Made by a program: the position numbers and the translations under genes. The notes under the pieces are model-generated. The model was not told the origin of the DNA. It did no database searches and saw only the letters and a program-made list of their open reading frames with translations. Shown one piece after another: positions 20,453-32,192 of a stretch of 64,000 nt of DNA. Source of the stretch: Histomonas meleagridis 2922-C6/04-290x (Eukaryota > Protista > Parabasalia); assembly GCA_020184695.1 (NCBI GenBank), contig JAANOX010000011.1, positions 372,001 to 436,000 on the forward strand, read 5' to 3'. Numbering within the stretch: the first letter of the stretch is position 1; each line of letters opens with the position of its first letter.

Positions 20453-20787
20453 GTATAAACCATCGGTTTGTATATGTGTATTGTATCAATAAAGAATTGT
20501 TAACAAATTTTGTGGAACACATTAAAAACATTAAATTTATAGATCAGCATGGCTAAACTCATAGTTTTTGATATATTTCAGGAAAAATTTTTTTTTGTAG
20601 GTGAAATGACACTTTTTTATTTAGCTAGTCGGCTCAAAACGTGACTAAAACACATTCAAAATTAAGAATGCCCATCAATTTTTTCTTCAATTTTTCAGTA
20701 AACGACTGTTCGATAAACAAAAACAACAACAACGATCGGATTCAATTCAATCATTATTCAAAAAGTTCCATTTACATCTTGCAACTT

Positions 20788-21114
20788 ATGAAAGGGATGG
20801 AAAAAGTAAAAATCGAGCAACCCCAGGAAAATCCAGCAAACGAGAAACAGATTTCAGAAAACCAACAAGATAGGCGTGAAGATATAAAAGCAAGAAATCG
20901 GATTGCTGCAAAAAAATGGAGAGATAAGAAAGATAATTTATTATCTGAGCTTGAAGCAACAAATGACGAACTCAGAAGGAAAGCATTTGCACTCAGCAAG
21001 GAAAGTTTATCTATTCAAACAGAAAACAAGATTTTGGAAGAAGAATTAGGTTTTTTCCAATATTTTATGACAGAGATTATGGGATCATCTACAAAACAAG
21101 CAGATCCACACTAA
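20788..21114 (+). CDS. bZIP transcription factor
   Basis: Basic region RREDIKARNRIAAKKWRDKK followed by a leucine zipper; first ATG at 20788. Confidence 0.85.
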   Translation: MKGMEKVKIEQPQENPANEKQISENQQDRREDIKARNRIAAKKWRDKKDNLLSELEATNDELRRKAFALSKESLSIQTENKILEEELGFFQYFMTEIMGSSTKQADPH

Positions 21115-21516
21115 CAGATAAAATATGTGTTTTATTTTTCTTTATGATGTTTGAAATTAATTGTTCTTTAATCTCATCATTAAATATTCTATAATATACT
21201 ATTTTTCAACCAATGCTTATGCATGTACAAACAACGATTGAATTTGGAAAAAAACATTTTTGATCTTTTTTATTCATGAATCAAAGGTTTTAAAACTTTT
21301 TCCAAAAACAAACGAAAAGTAAATTATTGAAAGCATTTTGTGTAAGAATCATATTCGAATAAGGGTGGAAATAATTTTAAAATATGATACAAATATCTTT
21401 GTTTCAATTTTAAATTTTTGCTGGCTTTACCTTTGCAACTACAAACAAGCAAGCATATAAGATCGAATTCGTAAAATAAAAAAAATTTAAATTGAACTGT
21501 TTAAAAACATAGCAAA

Positions 21517-21852
21517 TTATTGACCACCTAAAGAATCTTCTTCGGGTTTCTTTTTTAAATCTGATTCTTGTGCTTCAATTAATATATGAAGTTCTTTTGA
21601 ATCAGATTTTCTATTGAAAAGTTCTTTTTCAGATGATTGTAGTTTTTTTACATTAACCAGCAGTTCTTTGTTTTTTTTAAGTGATTCCTGTAATGCTTTT
21701 TCTAATCTTTTTCTTTTTTCATAATTATCTTCATTACGACTAAAAGCAGAAACTACAGGTGGTATTTCAGACTTTGAATGTTTCCTTGAGGACTTGACGT
21801 TAGATATGCCAAATATTCCTTTGGAAGTATCTAAGCTATTTCTTTTTATCAT
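21517..21852 (-). CDS. Small hypothetical coiled-coil protein or gene remnant
   Basis: 111-aa Lys/Glu-rich ORF with paired AACGGTT motifs just upstream. Confidence 0.4.
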   Translation of the reverse strand: MIKRNSLDTSKGIFGISNVKSSRKHSKSEIPPVVSAFSRNEDNYEKRKRLEKALQESLKKNKELLVNVKKLQSSEKELFNRKSDSKELHILIEAQESDLKKKPEEDSLGGQ

Positions 21853-23387
21853 GTGCAGACGAAATTTTAAACCGTTAATTGGGGCACTCCAAGATTTCTG
21901 TTGGCCAAATTAACGGTTTTCATCCAAAATCAAATGTTTTAGCCAAATATCAACAAAATCTATTATATATATAAAATAAGTTTTAAAATTAACTCACTAA
22001 CTAATTTTCTAACTCCCAATATTTTTCTCTTATACTCTTATCTTTTTTATAATTTTATATCTATATCTCAATGAGTTTATTTTATAAATTTCTTATTGTT
22101 TGAAGAGCAAAGCAAACAGTGCGAAGCGCATTCTTGTTCCTTTAAAATTTATTTACTACGCAGTATAATTTTTAATAAAAAAAACATTGATAAGGAAAGA
22201 AAATGATATTAATAATATCATCTTATTTTATTGATATTAAAAAAATTGAAAAATCAACACATTATGAAGATTTTTTTAAAAAAATTAGTGTCAAATTTTC
22301 ATCCCATCCTAAATCAATTATAAAAATATCATTTCAAACATGACATAAATTTTAGCCATTACAATTCACAAGTAGATTTTAAACCATCATTTTCGTCAAC
22401 CCAAAAATGATGATCATCCGGAACTGTAGTTTAACAAAGTTGAACAAAGAAGGAAAGATCATACTAAAGATCATACGGAACAGAGTGGTTATGTAATTGA
22501 TCACATATCAAAAATATTGAATACAAAACGATTAAAAACAATTTAATTATAAAAAAATGAAATCTAAAATGAATAGAGAGGAATGGATATAAGAGATAAA
22601 ATAAAATAAATAACATCAAAATATTGTAAAAAATATTTAAAATAAAGTAATAGAGAGATATTGGAGAAATTTTGAAAAAAATTTCAATTGTAAATTACAA
22701 GATAACATCATAATATTATCATATTATTTTTTAAATTTAATATAAGTATATACTAATGTTATTTATTTAATGCAAGAGAATTATATTTAAATATAAATAA
22801 TAATAAGAAAAATATATTTGAAAACAGGTTTTTCATGTTCCAACTTTTTAGGTCTTTTCTATGCTTTTTGATCGTGTTTTCTTGTTATAAACATTTTTAT
22901 CTCCAAATCAAATAATAAATTACTAAAATAATATGGTAACATCAATTGGAATTATTAAGTTGTTTATTATATTTCAAAATCAATTTTCATGATTTTTTGA
23001 TTTTAAAATGAATAGAACTCAATATTAACTGAACATAAATCAAAATTAATAAAAAATTTAAATATATCATATAATTCTAAAAAATGTAATAGAGAGATTT
23101 TTCAACTTTTTAATTTAAAGTGAAATTGATTATCTATCATAAAAAAATTAAAATTAAAATAATTTAGTATTTAACAAAGAGCATTAATAGCTATGAATAT
23201 TTTTTGGTTTACAGATTAAAATTATAAATGTGTATTGATTTATTAACTAAACAATATTTTTTCGGTAGCGACCGTTTATGAATCATGGATTTGATCGTTT
23301 TCTATTCAATTTACTGGGGTGCAACCTCAATTTCTAGTTTGAAAAACAAATTGAATGTTTATTAATCGTTTTCTATGCAAATTGTAT

Positions 23388-24134
23388 TTATGCAAGAGAA
23401 GAAATTTGAACAGACAAATCAACAGAACGCGCCAGCATTTCAGAAGCAGACTTTGTTTTACCTTCGTTTTGTGGTTGGAATGTAATCGTTGTTTCATCAG
23501 AAATTTTCCAATTTCTTTTCATGACAAATTTTACGCATTCATCAAGTGATGGAAATTCAAGCATTTTCATAAGTTCCGTTAATTTAAGGCTGGGATAAGC
23601 TCTTTCTATTGAGTCTGCGTGATTATTTCTAACTCGGCTAAGAAGTTCAACTGTGAAATGATTGAACAATTGTGATGGTGGATTACTTTCTAAGGCAAAC
23701 AATCGTGAAAATGAGTTATCTATAATCGATTGATGAAGAGATTTTGCGTAATCAATGTATTCATTTTCATGAATGATTGATTGGGCAATCTGTAACTCAA
23801 TGTTGAAATCAATTAACTTCTGTTGAGCTAAGTAATGAACCAAGTGGATTGAGATTAAAAGTGGCATCTTTTCGGAAAAAGGAAAATTTGATAAAAAATA
23901 ATAACAATTTAATTGCGACATTGCACGTTCAAAATCATCAACATGACACAACTGAATACTAAGAAGTGCATCATATTCAAGAACAGAACGATGAATGATT
24001 TTAACTTTATCATCGTTCGATTGTAAGAGACCAATTTTTAGTTCGTCTATTAAAGCTCCTGCTTCTTCTTGATTGAACTCTCCTTCAAAAATGTTTTTTA
24101 GCTTTTCAAATTTTGCATAAAGTTCCTCAGACAT
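23388..24134 (-). CDS. RPN12: 26S proteasome lid subunit Rpn12/PSMD8 (PCI-like domain)
   Basis: RSVLEYDALLSIQ..DFERAMSQLNCYY, LVHYLAQQKLIDFNIEL, RNNHADSIERAYPSL; likely start MSEELY at 24134 (ORF track 24188). Confidence 0.85.
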   Translation of the reverse strand: MSEELYAKFEKLKNIFEGEFNQEEAGALIDELKIGLLQSNDDKVKIIHRSVLEYDALLSIQLCHVDDFERAMSQLNCYYFLSNFPFSEKMPLLISIHLVHYLAQQKLIDFNIELQIAQSIIHENEYIDYAKSLHQSIIDNSFSRLFALESNPPSQLFNHFTVELLSRVRNNHADSIERAYPSLKLTELMKMLEFPSLDECVKFVMKRNWKISDETTITFQPQNEGKTKSASEMLARSVDLSVQISSLA

Positions 24135-24254
24135 CTTACTATGGCACTTTTGCTCAAGCAGCCTATAAACGGTTTCCCTCCCACCCATAAAACAGGGCGC
24201 CTCAAATCCGATTGAATTTTGATAGATTTACATATCCTTTCCAAAGCTTGTTTT

Positions 24255-24740
24255 ATGGACGAATTTAATGAAACAGTTAAACATCGCAACATAGGAAACA
24301 AAGATGAGCCCAAAGTACTTAACCAAGATGAACAACAAAAAATTATTGATGATTTACAAAATGATTTCATAAAGTTAACAAAATCACAAAAGAGACTATT
24401 CATTTTCTCATCAATAGCTTTTTCATTGGGAGCTCTTGTAGCAGCGTTTGCAACTGGAAGTTACTATTTCTTTATATCAACATCCATATCTTTCTTATCT
24501 TTAATCATTCTTGAACTAACAACGTATAAATACAAGTGGGTTGTGCCACTGATTTTTGAAGCTTTTACAATCGTATTTGCAATTAAAGATTCGAATTTGC
24601 AAAAAGGTGTTATGATTGGAATTCATACAATCTATGGTATTTTAATTCTATTTTGGATAATATCAATTAGATACTACAACACGTTTCCTAAAGAAATAAA
24701 TAAGCTTCAAAATCTGAAATATGGACCAAAACTTGCTTGA
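24255..24740 (+). CDS. Hypothetical membrane protein (3-4 TM)
   Basis: First ATG at 24255; hydrophilic N-terminus followed by several hydrophobic helices. Confidence 0.7.
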   Translation: MDEFNETVKHRNIGNKDEPKVLNQDEQQKIIDDLQNDFIKLTKSQKRLFIFSSIAFSLGALVAAFATGSYYFFISTSISFLSLIILELTTYKYKWVVPLIFEAFTIVFAIKDSNLQKGVMIGIHTIYGILILFWIISIRYYNTFPKEINKLQNLKYGPKLA

Positions 24741-24889
24741 ATATTTATATTAATAAACAAAGTAAATTTGCCTTATAAATTTTTCTAATGAATAGAAAGA
24801 AAAAAGGGTTTGAAGAAACATTTGGAAAATTTTGTTTTTTAATGTGGAATAAACGGTCATTATTAAATATATTAACGTACAAACATAAT

Positions 24890-25303
24890 ATGGAAGCAAA
24901 AAACCCTGAAGATTATTTATGTCTTAAAATATCAGGAGTTCCTGATGATGTGCGCCATGCAGAAATATCTTATTTTTTAAAAAAATTTGAAGCTGAAGTT
25001 CAATCAATTAGTATTGTAAACAATGCATATTATACCATCTTAAAAACGAATGGTGAAAAAGGAGAAATTGTTAATAAGCTTAATCAGCAACTTTTTAAAG
25101 GTGTGAAAATTTCTGTTGTTGCAATTCATTATGAAGATTGTCCAAACCTCTCCCCCGAAAAAAAGAAAGAATACAAAAACAGCCTAGCCCCAATGATTTT
25201 TGATGATTCATCACAACCAATTCCATATAATCCACATAATTATGGCAAGATTACTCAACGACCAATTCTTTTTAATGAAACAGATCAAGCTTCAGACGCA
25301 TGA
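24890..25303 (+). CDS. Small RRM-like protein
   Basis: LKISGVPDDVRHAEISYFL..AYYTILK..IVNKLNQQLFKGVKISV fits the RRM beta-alpha-beta pattern; likely start MEAK at 24890. Confidence 0.6.
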   Translation: MEAKNPEDYLCLKISGVPDDVRHAEISYFLKKFEAEVQSISIVNNAYYTILKTNGEKGEIVNKLNQQLFKGVKISVVAIHYEDCPNLSPEKKKEYKNSLAPMIFDDSSQPIPYNPHNYGKITQRPILFNETDQASDA

Positions 25304-25416
25304 CATTGATACCACTTATTTTTTTTTTTGAAGAATAGTGTTTTGTTTTTAGGTAAAAAATTTAAAAAAAATTATAAATATATTTTACTTACAAACAAAC
25401 ATAACAAAAACGCATA

Positions 25417-26070
25417 TTACTTTTTGGGGAAATTGCCAAAGCGTCTTGTAGTTGGTCTTTTGGTGTGCGCTTGGTTTTTATGAGACTGAGATGCAGGCTT
25501 TGTTTGATTTTCTGTTGGATTCTGGATCAACGGCGGAAGCGGAGCCGGTATCTGTTGTTGTGGCATTCCAAAATTGTTAGCATTTGCATATTGGTTGAAA
25601 AAAAATTGTTGTTGAAATGGAGGAAGAATATTTTGTGGAATTTGTGGCTGCAAAATTTGAGGCTGAGGATCAAGTCGGATTTCTGATATTGTTGCAATTA
25701 TTGTAACTTGTATTGCAACTGCTGACATATCAAGAGAGCTCATAAGTGGGAAAGACAATCTTCGTGGATTCCCAATTGGAAGCTCGCTGAGTCTAACTTG
25801 TGCAACAGCAAAAATTTGTGCTTCTATTTGATTATATGGCAAAAGGTAAAAACATGCAGCAAGGTGATAACCTTCAAGTTTATCAAGACTAATAATAAGT
25901 CTTACATTTTTATGCCATTCCATGTACTCTGATGGACGAATTTGTGATGTGCATACTGTCTGATTTACTCCATCAGCTTTAAATTTAAGCCATACATATT
26001 GAATTGGTATATTTGGAGGTGCTATAAATTTTGCGTACTCGATAACAAAATCGAGTATGTAGTTCGGCAT
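25417..26070 (-). CDS. C2-domain protein with Pro/Gln-rich tail
   Basis: QYVWLKF..VCTSQI..EWHKNVRL..FAVAQVRLSEL; likely start MPNY at 26070, with an M3-like motif 25 nt upstream (ORF track starts 26157). Confidence 0.65.
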   Translation of the reverse strand: MPNYILDFVIEYAKFIAPPNIPIQYVWLKFKADGVNQTVCTSQIRPSEYMEWHKNVRLIISLDKLEGYHLAACFYLLPYNQIEAQIFAVAQVRLSELPIGNPRRLSFPLMSSLDMSAVAIQVTIIATISEIRLDPQPQILQPQIPQNILPPFQQQFFFNQYANANNFGMPQQQIPAPLPPLIQNPTENQTKPASQSHKNQAHTKRPTTRRFGNFPKK

Positions 26071-26360
26071 TTGGAGAGCTGAAGCAAGCTGAGGTAACGG
26101 TTTTTCACAATTCGCTCCGATGATGAGTATTTGAATGCATTCAATTTTTTGGTACATCGGAGGTTAAAAGTTTTCATCTATATCTCAGTAACAAAAGGAT
26201 ATTTATTTAATAAATTTTAAAGCTGTTATTAACAATAAATATTCTATTTAAATATGAATTATGATTAAATAAAAATCTTTGGATGACAAAATAAATTGAA
26301 AATATAAAATATTTTTTCAAAATCCCGATAGATATAGTTGGTGAAAATACCAAAAGTTTT

Positions 26361-26724
26361 TTATGAATTCTTCATTAATTTTCTGATTGCATTTAATAAA
26401 ACAAAATGGCTTTGATTTGTACTATATATGTGTGTTAATAAATCTGATTGATTGATTGTATATATCTGGAAATGAGCAAAACTTACAACGATAAAACTAG
26501 CAAGAAGGTAACCGCTTGTAAAAATACTATTCAATTGGTGCGTGGACAACAATTTGAATTGAATTCAAAACCGGAAACAAAAAATTGAGTTGTAAAAAAG
26601 TTGTCATTTTTTGAATACCAATGAAGTAGAATCCGGATTCACAAGAAAGTCTTTTATAACCGTTTAATTTAACCACCTTATGAAAAAGTCGCGTATTCAC
26701 GATGATTGTAATTTCAAACACCAT
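26361..26724 (-). pseudogene. Decayed Ras/Rab-like GTPase fragment
   Basis: Broken frames FEITIIVNTRLFHKVVKLNG and SGYLLASFIVVSF..FVLLNAIRKL resemble small-GTPase beta2-beta5; no intact G-boxes. Confidence 0.3.
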
Positions 26725-26904
26725 AAGTTTAATTCTGAAATTCCTGATTTAGGTCACATCAAAAGTATTAATAGAATGATTTTGTATGTGTTTTTTTAGA
26801 ACTTGTTTCATATGATATCATATGAAAGAATTAAAAATTAATATTATATGATTTTGAGTCGTAATTATGAGCAAATAGCCGAATACCCAAAATAAAATAA
26901 AATA

Positions 26905-27403
<499 letters not shown>

Positions 27404-27559
27404 TGATGATGATGATGATGATGTTTCATATGAAAGTGTTCCAAAATTACATATTCAAATACTTGAAGGCCATTTTTTCTTATATAAAAGTAATTTAACT
27501 ATTCGCAGATGAACAAATAATAACTGTACCAAACAATATCAAAAAACCCCAAATACTAT

Positions 27560-28330
27560 TTAAGATATCAATTCATTCTTTTTGATAAGGTAATTTGACT
27601 ATTTATGTATAATTTTTTTCAGATGCTAACGTAGTTGTTGTCTTAAATAAATTAAATTATTTCCAAATATTATTTTGAAATATAAAATTATTAAAATAAA
27701 TTTTAAATCGAACAAATAAATATTTTTGGCATTAATATCAATTCCTTCTTGTTCAAGAAGTACTTTGACGATTTCTAATTTACCATTATAAGATGACCAT
27801 ATAAGTGCTGTGTAAAATAATTTAAACAATTTCCAAATATTATTTTGCAATATAAAATAATTAAAATAAATTTTATCTTTAACATTAATATCAAGTCCGT
27901 TTTGTTTTAAAATGTATGTAACAAGTCCAATATTTCCTGAAAATGAAGCAAAAACTAAGATATTTTCTGGAATTTGATAATTTTTAAGGAAATATATTAC
28001 AAGAAAAATATTTCCGATTTTTGCTGCTTCATTTATGATATTATCATTAATTTTCATTCCTTCCTTTTCTAAATATGTAAAAATTTCATAATTAAAATAT
28101 GAAATGCATTTTTCTCCTAATTCTTCTAATTTCTTAATTGTATTAATTTATGAATTAATAATTCAATATTTAATGATTTTTGGTTCAAGCAAATTATATT
28201 CAATCATATAATTAAGAAAATAATCTGATTCTTGTGTGTTTTCTTCAAGAAGAAGTTGATTCGATATTTCTATTATTTTTGAAGTGCTATTATTATTTTT
28301 TTCAATTTCATGTAATAATCTTAAATATAT
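27560..28330 (-). pseudogene. Internally deleted DUF3447/ankyrin paralog carrying the same ankyrin spacers
   Basis: LEELGEKCISYFNYEIF..MKINDNIINEAAKIGNIF..EQEGIDINAKNI; one 60-nt and one 77-nt spacer; last module has stops; the middle of the gene is missing relative to the 29640 copy. Confidence 0.75.
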
Positions 28331-28619
28331 CAAAATTGTAACTTTTGATCAAAAGGGATTTATATATCATTCGGCTTGTAATTATATTATAAGATATTGG
28401 ATATTCTTTACAAAAATTGGTGATTATAAAATTTGATAATTGAGCAAAATTATCTATATTCAAACCAGAGATTATATTTTTGGACATTATAAATGTTTTC
28501 CATTCGTTTTGTGATTTCTTTTTTGTTGTAACTGTTTGCTCTTGATTTTTTATTTTGAATGAATAAACTACTCAATCCTTAATATTGAATTTTGCGAAAG
28601 CTGATCGGTATTCTATCGT

Positions 28620-28624
28620 TCATA
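28620..28624 (+). promoter_or_regulatory. Parabasalid Inr-like element TCATA upstream of panE
   Basis: Matches the T. vaginalis Inr consensus TCAYW and lies 16 nt before the ATG; short motifs occur by chance in AT-rich DNA. Confidence 0.4.
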
Positions 28625-28640
28625 ATTTAATTTCCAATTC

Positions 28641-29579
28641 ATGAAAATCACCATTGCAGGAGCAGGAGCTATGGGAAGTCGTTTTGGTTTAATGCTTCAT
28701 GAAGCAGGATATAAGGTTACTTTAATTGATGGTTGGAAAGATCATGTTACAGCCATCAAAGAACATGGTCTTGTTGCAAATTTCAATGGCGAAAACAAAG
28801 TTGCCAAAATTCCTATCATTCTTCAATCCGAAATTGATACTACAGAAAAGACAGATATGATTATTTTATTTACCAAAGCAATGCAACTTGACAAAATGCT
28901 CCAAGACATCAAGCCCCTCATAACAGACCAAACCAAAGTCATTTGTCTCTTGAATGGTATTGGTCACGAAGATGTCATTGAGAAATATGTTCCTTTATCT
29001 AATATTTTTATTGGTAATACCATGTGGACTGCTGAACTCGAAGGCCCTGGGAAAGTAAAATTATTTGGTAATGGATCAGTTGAACTCCAAAATCTATCCG
29101 AAGGAAAAGAATCAGATGCAATTGAAATATCATCAATTCTCTCCAAAGCCGGTCTCAACGCCAAATACTCGTCCAACATCCGCTATTCCATCTATCGGAA
29201 AGCATGTGTCAATGGTACCATGAATGGCTTATGTACGATCTTAGATGTTAATATGGCAACTTTTGGCAAAACGCGCTATGCCTCTGATATTGTAGAGTCC
29301 ATTGTTCGCGAGTTTGCCGCAGTTGCCGCTCACGAAGGAGTTAATCTCGACACATGTGAAGTGATCGACCACGTGAAAACATGTTTCAATCCGGACACAA
29401 TCGGAATGCACTTCCCTTCTATGCATCAAGATTTAATAAAGAATAACAGAATCACCGAAATCGATTATATAAACGGAGCAGTATCAAGGAAAGGAAAGAA
29501 ATATGGAATACCAACGCCATACTGCGATTTCTTGACTATGCTCATCCACTGCAAAGAAGATATTTTAGGTGCAAAATAA
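28641..29579 (+). CDS. panE: 2-dehydropantoate 2-reductase (ketopantoate reductase, PanE/ApbA family), Firmicute-like
   Basis: Rossmann GAGAMG, FTKAMQL, CLLNGIGHE, YRKACVNGTMNGLCTILD, PSMHQDL, RITEIDYINGAV, PTPYC; 312 aa, co-linear with enterococcal/streptococcal PanE as I recall it. Confidence 0.95.
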   Translation: MKITIAGAGAMGSRFGLMLHEAGYKVTLIDGWKDHVTAIKEHGLVANFNGENKVAKIPIILQSEIDTTEKTDMIILFTKAMQLDKMLQDIKPLITDQTKVICLLNGIGHEDVIEKYVPLSNIFIGNTMWTAELEGPGKVKLFGNGSVELQNLSEGKESDAIEISSILSKAGLNAKYSSNIRYSIYRKACVNGTMNGLCTILDVNMATFGKTRYASDIVESIVREFAAVAAHEGVNLDTCEVIDHVKTCFNPDTIGMHFPSMHQDLIKNNRITEIDYINGAVSRKGKKYGIPTPYCDFLTMLIHCKEDILGAK

Positions 29580-29639
29580 ATTTTTTTAAAAAAATTATAT
29601 GTTTTTAAATTAAATGTGTTAAATTCATCACTTTTTACA

Positions 29640-30420
29640 TTAAATTATTCCTTTCTCTATGAAATAATAAGCAATTTTTGTGAGATTGGTTGAAGATGTT
29701 AAAATAGTTTGAATAATTTCCAAGATTATTTTTAGAGCATCAACAACAATTCCTTTTTGTCTGAATATATATTTAACAAGTTCAATATTTCCTGATTTTA
29801 TTGAAAATATTAAAGTAGTTTTTGGAATTTGATATTCATGAAAAAAATATTTTGTGAGAAACATATTTCGATTTTTTGCTGATTCATTAACAATGCTATC
29901 ATTAATTTTCATACCTGCTTCTATCAAAAATGACAAAATTTCATAATTAAAATATGAAACGCATTTTTCTCCTAATTCTTCTAATTTTTTAATTGTATTA
30001 ATTTTATTTTCGTAAATATATTTAAAAATATCATTTCGATGAAATTCAATTGCTGTTTCATATGCATCGTCAAATGATGAATGATTTTGTTCACATAAAT
30101 GAATGATTTCAATATTTCCACCTGCAACTGCATATTTACCTGTGTTTTCTACATTTGCATTAATCATAAGTAAATATTTAAAACATTTAACTGATCCAAA
30201 AAATGCTGCATAACCGATTAATTTAACATTTTCTTGATTAATAAATGAACATCTTACATAAAGTGATGGTTCAATTGTTTGATTAAAATCGAAATCATTT
30301 CGAATTATTTTTCCAATTTTATTTGGATTATGTCCTTCTTCAATTAATTGCTTATAAAGTGCAAAATCATTCTTTGATAGTTCTTCATAATTTTTGATAA
30401 AAGCATTATTAAATACCCAT
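29640..30420 (-). pseudogene. 5'- and 3'-truncated DUF3447/ankyrin paralog
   Basis: Open frame from about 30420 (IEPSLYVRCSF..IGYAAFFGSVKCFKYLL..AVAGGNIEIIHLCEQNHSSF), very similar to the gene at 3-644; ends after the first ankyrin. Confidence 0.7.
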
Positions 30421-30997
30421 TTTTACCTTTTATTCGTACGAACGATACGAAAATTGAGAGTCTTTGTTGTAAAATTTACAACATAGAAATTTGAAACATT
30501 TTATTTTTGTCATGACGTTCTTCTTGTTTTCGAAACTTGAAAACAGTTAGTTGGGGCTCGAATCCCAAATCTCAGTTTGAGATCGAGAACGTTCATGTTT
30601 GATAATTTCCAATAATTTCAAAAAATTTTGTTTTCAGGAACTCAAAGTGCGACAGTAATTAGCTACAGGAGATTCACAATTTTTCGTCAAAGCAGCGATT
30701 ATCATGAAATTATTAAATTTAAAAAAAAATTTTCATTAAAAAAATTCTATTTTCGGCTTTTTACATATGAGAATCTAAAATTTTCATTTGTTGAGCTATA
30801 TTTATTAATAAAAATGATTTATCTAATTTTTGAATTTTTTGTAGTAATTTTTTCATATTTACATCCAATTGTTGCGAAAGATTTAAATAATTATGACCTT
30901 AAATTTGCATTAATTATTAAAAATATCATAATGAATTTTATTTTCTCTCATTTTTTTGTTGATTCTTACATATTTGGCGCCAAAATCACTAACTTTA

Positions 30998-32192
30998 ATG
31001 ATATTCGACGAAGAACCAAAAAGCTTTATTCAGAAAATGGAAGAAAAACTGAATAAACTTAAGAAAATCAAATCCAATCGCCACGATACCTACGCGTCAA
31101 AAGATATTCAACCCGTTTTGGATATTTTAACTGAATCGGAATTGCCACGTGGTTCATTAACTCGAATTCAAGAAGCCACTGGCATTCCTAAATCAACACT
31201 CAGTTATTGGCACCAGAAAAGGAATGAAAATAAAGACTGGTTTCCAAATTGCGAGAGGCATCCAAATCGTAGGGTATTTTCGAAAGAAACCGAAGCGAGT
31301 ATGGCAGAAGAAATTATACAACAAGTCGACTCTGGTTTTGGACCTACGACATTATCGTTTAAGATGAAAGCTGTCAATGAGTTTTCATTAAGTGGTAATC
31401 CAAAATATTAACGATTTTGCGCGTCTACTACATTTATAAGCGATTTCATGAAGCGCAATAAACTATCATATCGGAAACCACATGCAGAAAGGCGAACAAA
31501 TATCAATAATGAATATGTTCAAATCTTCCAAGATAAGCTTAAATTAATATTTCATAAATATTCGAAGGAGAAAATTTTCAACATGGATGAAACATGTTGG
31601 AAAATTTCGAACACCCCAGCAAAAGTATTACACAAGATTGGAGTGACAACGGTTAAGATCCAATCAATCCAAAACGAGAAATTAACTTTGACGGCCATCG
31701 CGACAATTAATGCAAATGGGTCAAAGTTGCCGCTTTGGATTATTGCCAAAGGCAAAACGAATAGGTCCGAGAAGAAATATGGGAAATCAAACGAAAATTT
31801 GATTTTTACCCATACTGAACGTGGATGGGCTAATGATGATATTCTGATTTCCTATTTAGAATGGATTCATAATAAAGCCAATGGTACACCATGTGTCTTA
31901 GTTCGGGCCATTTTTCCTGCTCATCAAGCAGAAAATGTTGAGTTGATAGCTCAAGAGCTTCAAATTGAGCTATTATTTGTTCCGACCGGGGGAACATCAA
32001 AATATCAACCTCTTGATGTTAAGGTATTTGGGGAACTTAAATCAAGAGCTAAAAAAAAATTTGAGCATTTGGCTTTTAAGAACCAAACGAGAATACATAA
32101 CATATCAAGAATCAATTGAAATTCTTGTTGAATCATGGCTCAGTATTTCTCAAGAATATATCGAGGAATCTTGGGAATTAATTAAACAATAA
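30998..32192 (+). mobile_element. Inactivated pogo/Tc1-mariner-type DDE_1 transposase
   Basis: HTH LTRIQEATGIPKSTLSYW, IFNMDET, TAIATINANGSKLPLWIIAKGK, RGWAN, PTGGTSKYQPLDVKVFGELK. In-frame TAA at 31409-31411, frameshift near 32050-32100, second catalytic Asp region replaced (VRAIFPAH). Confidence 0.85.

Noticed and set aside
30628-31056. 142-aa Phe/Ile-rich ORF upstream of the transposase
   Set aside because: Non-ATG start and composition typical of AT-rich non-coding DNA.
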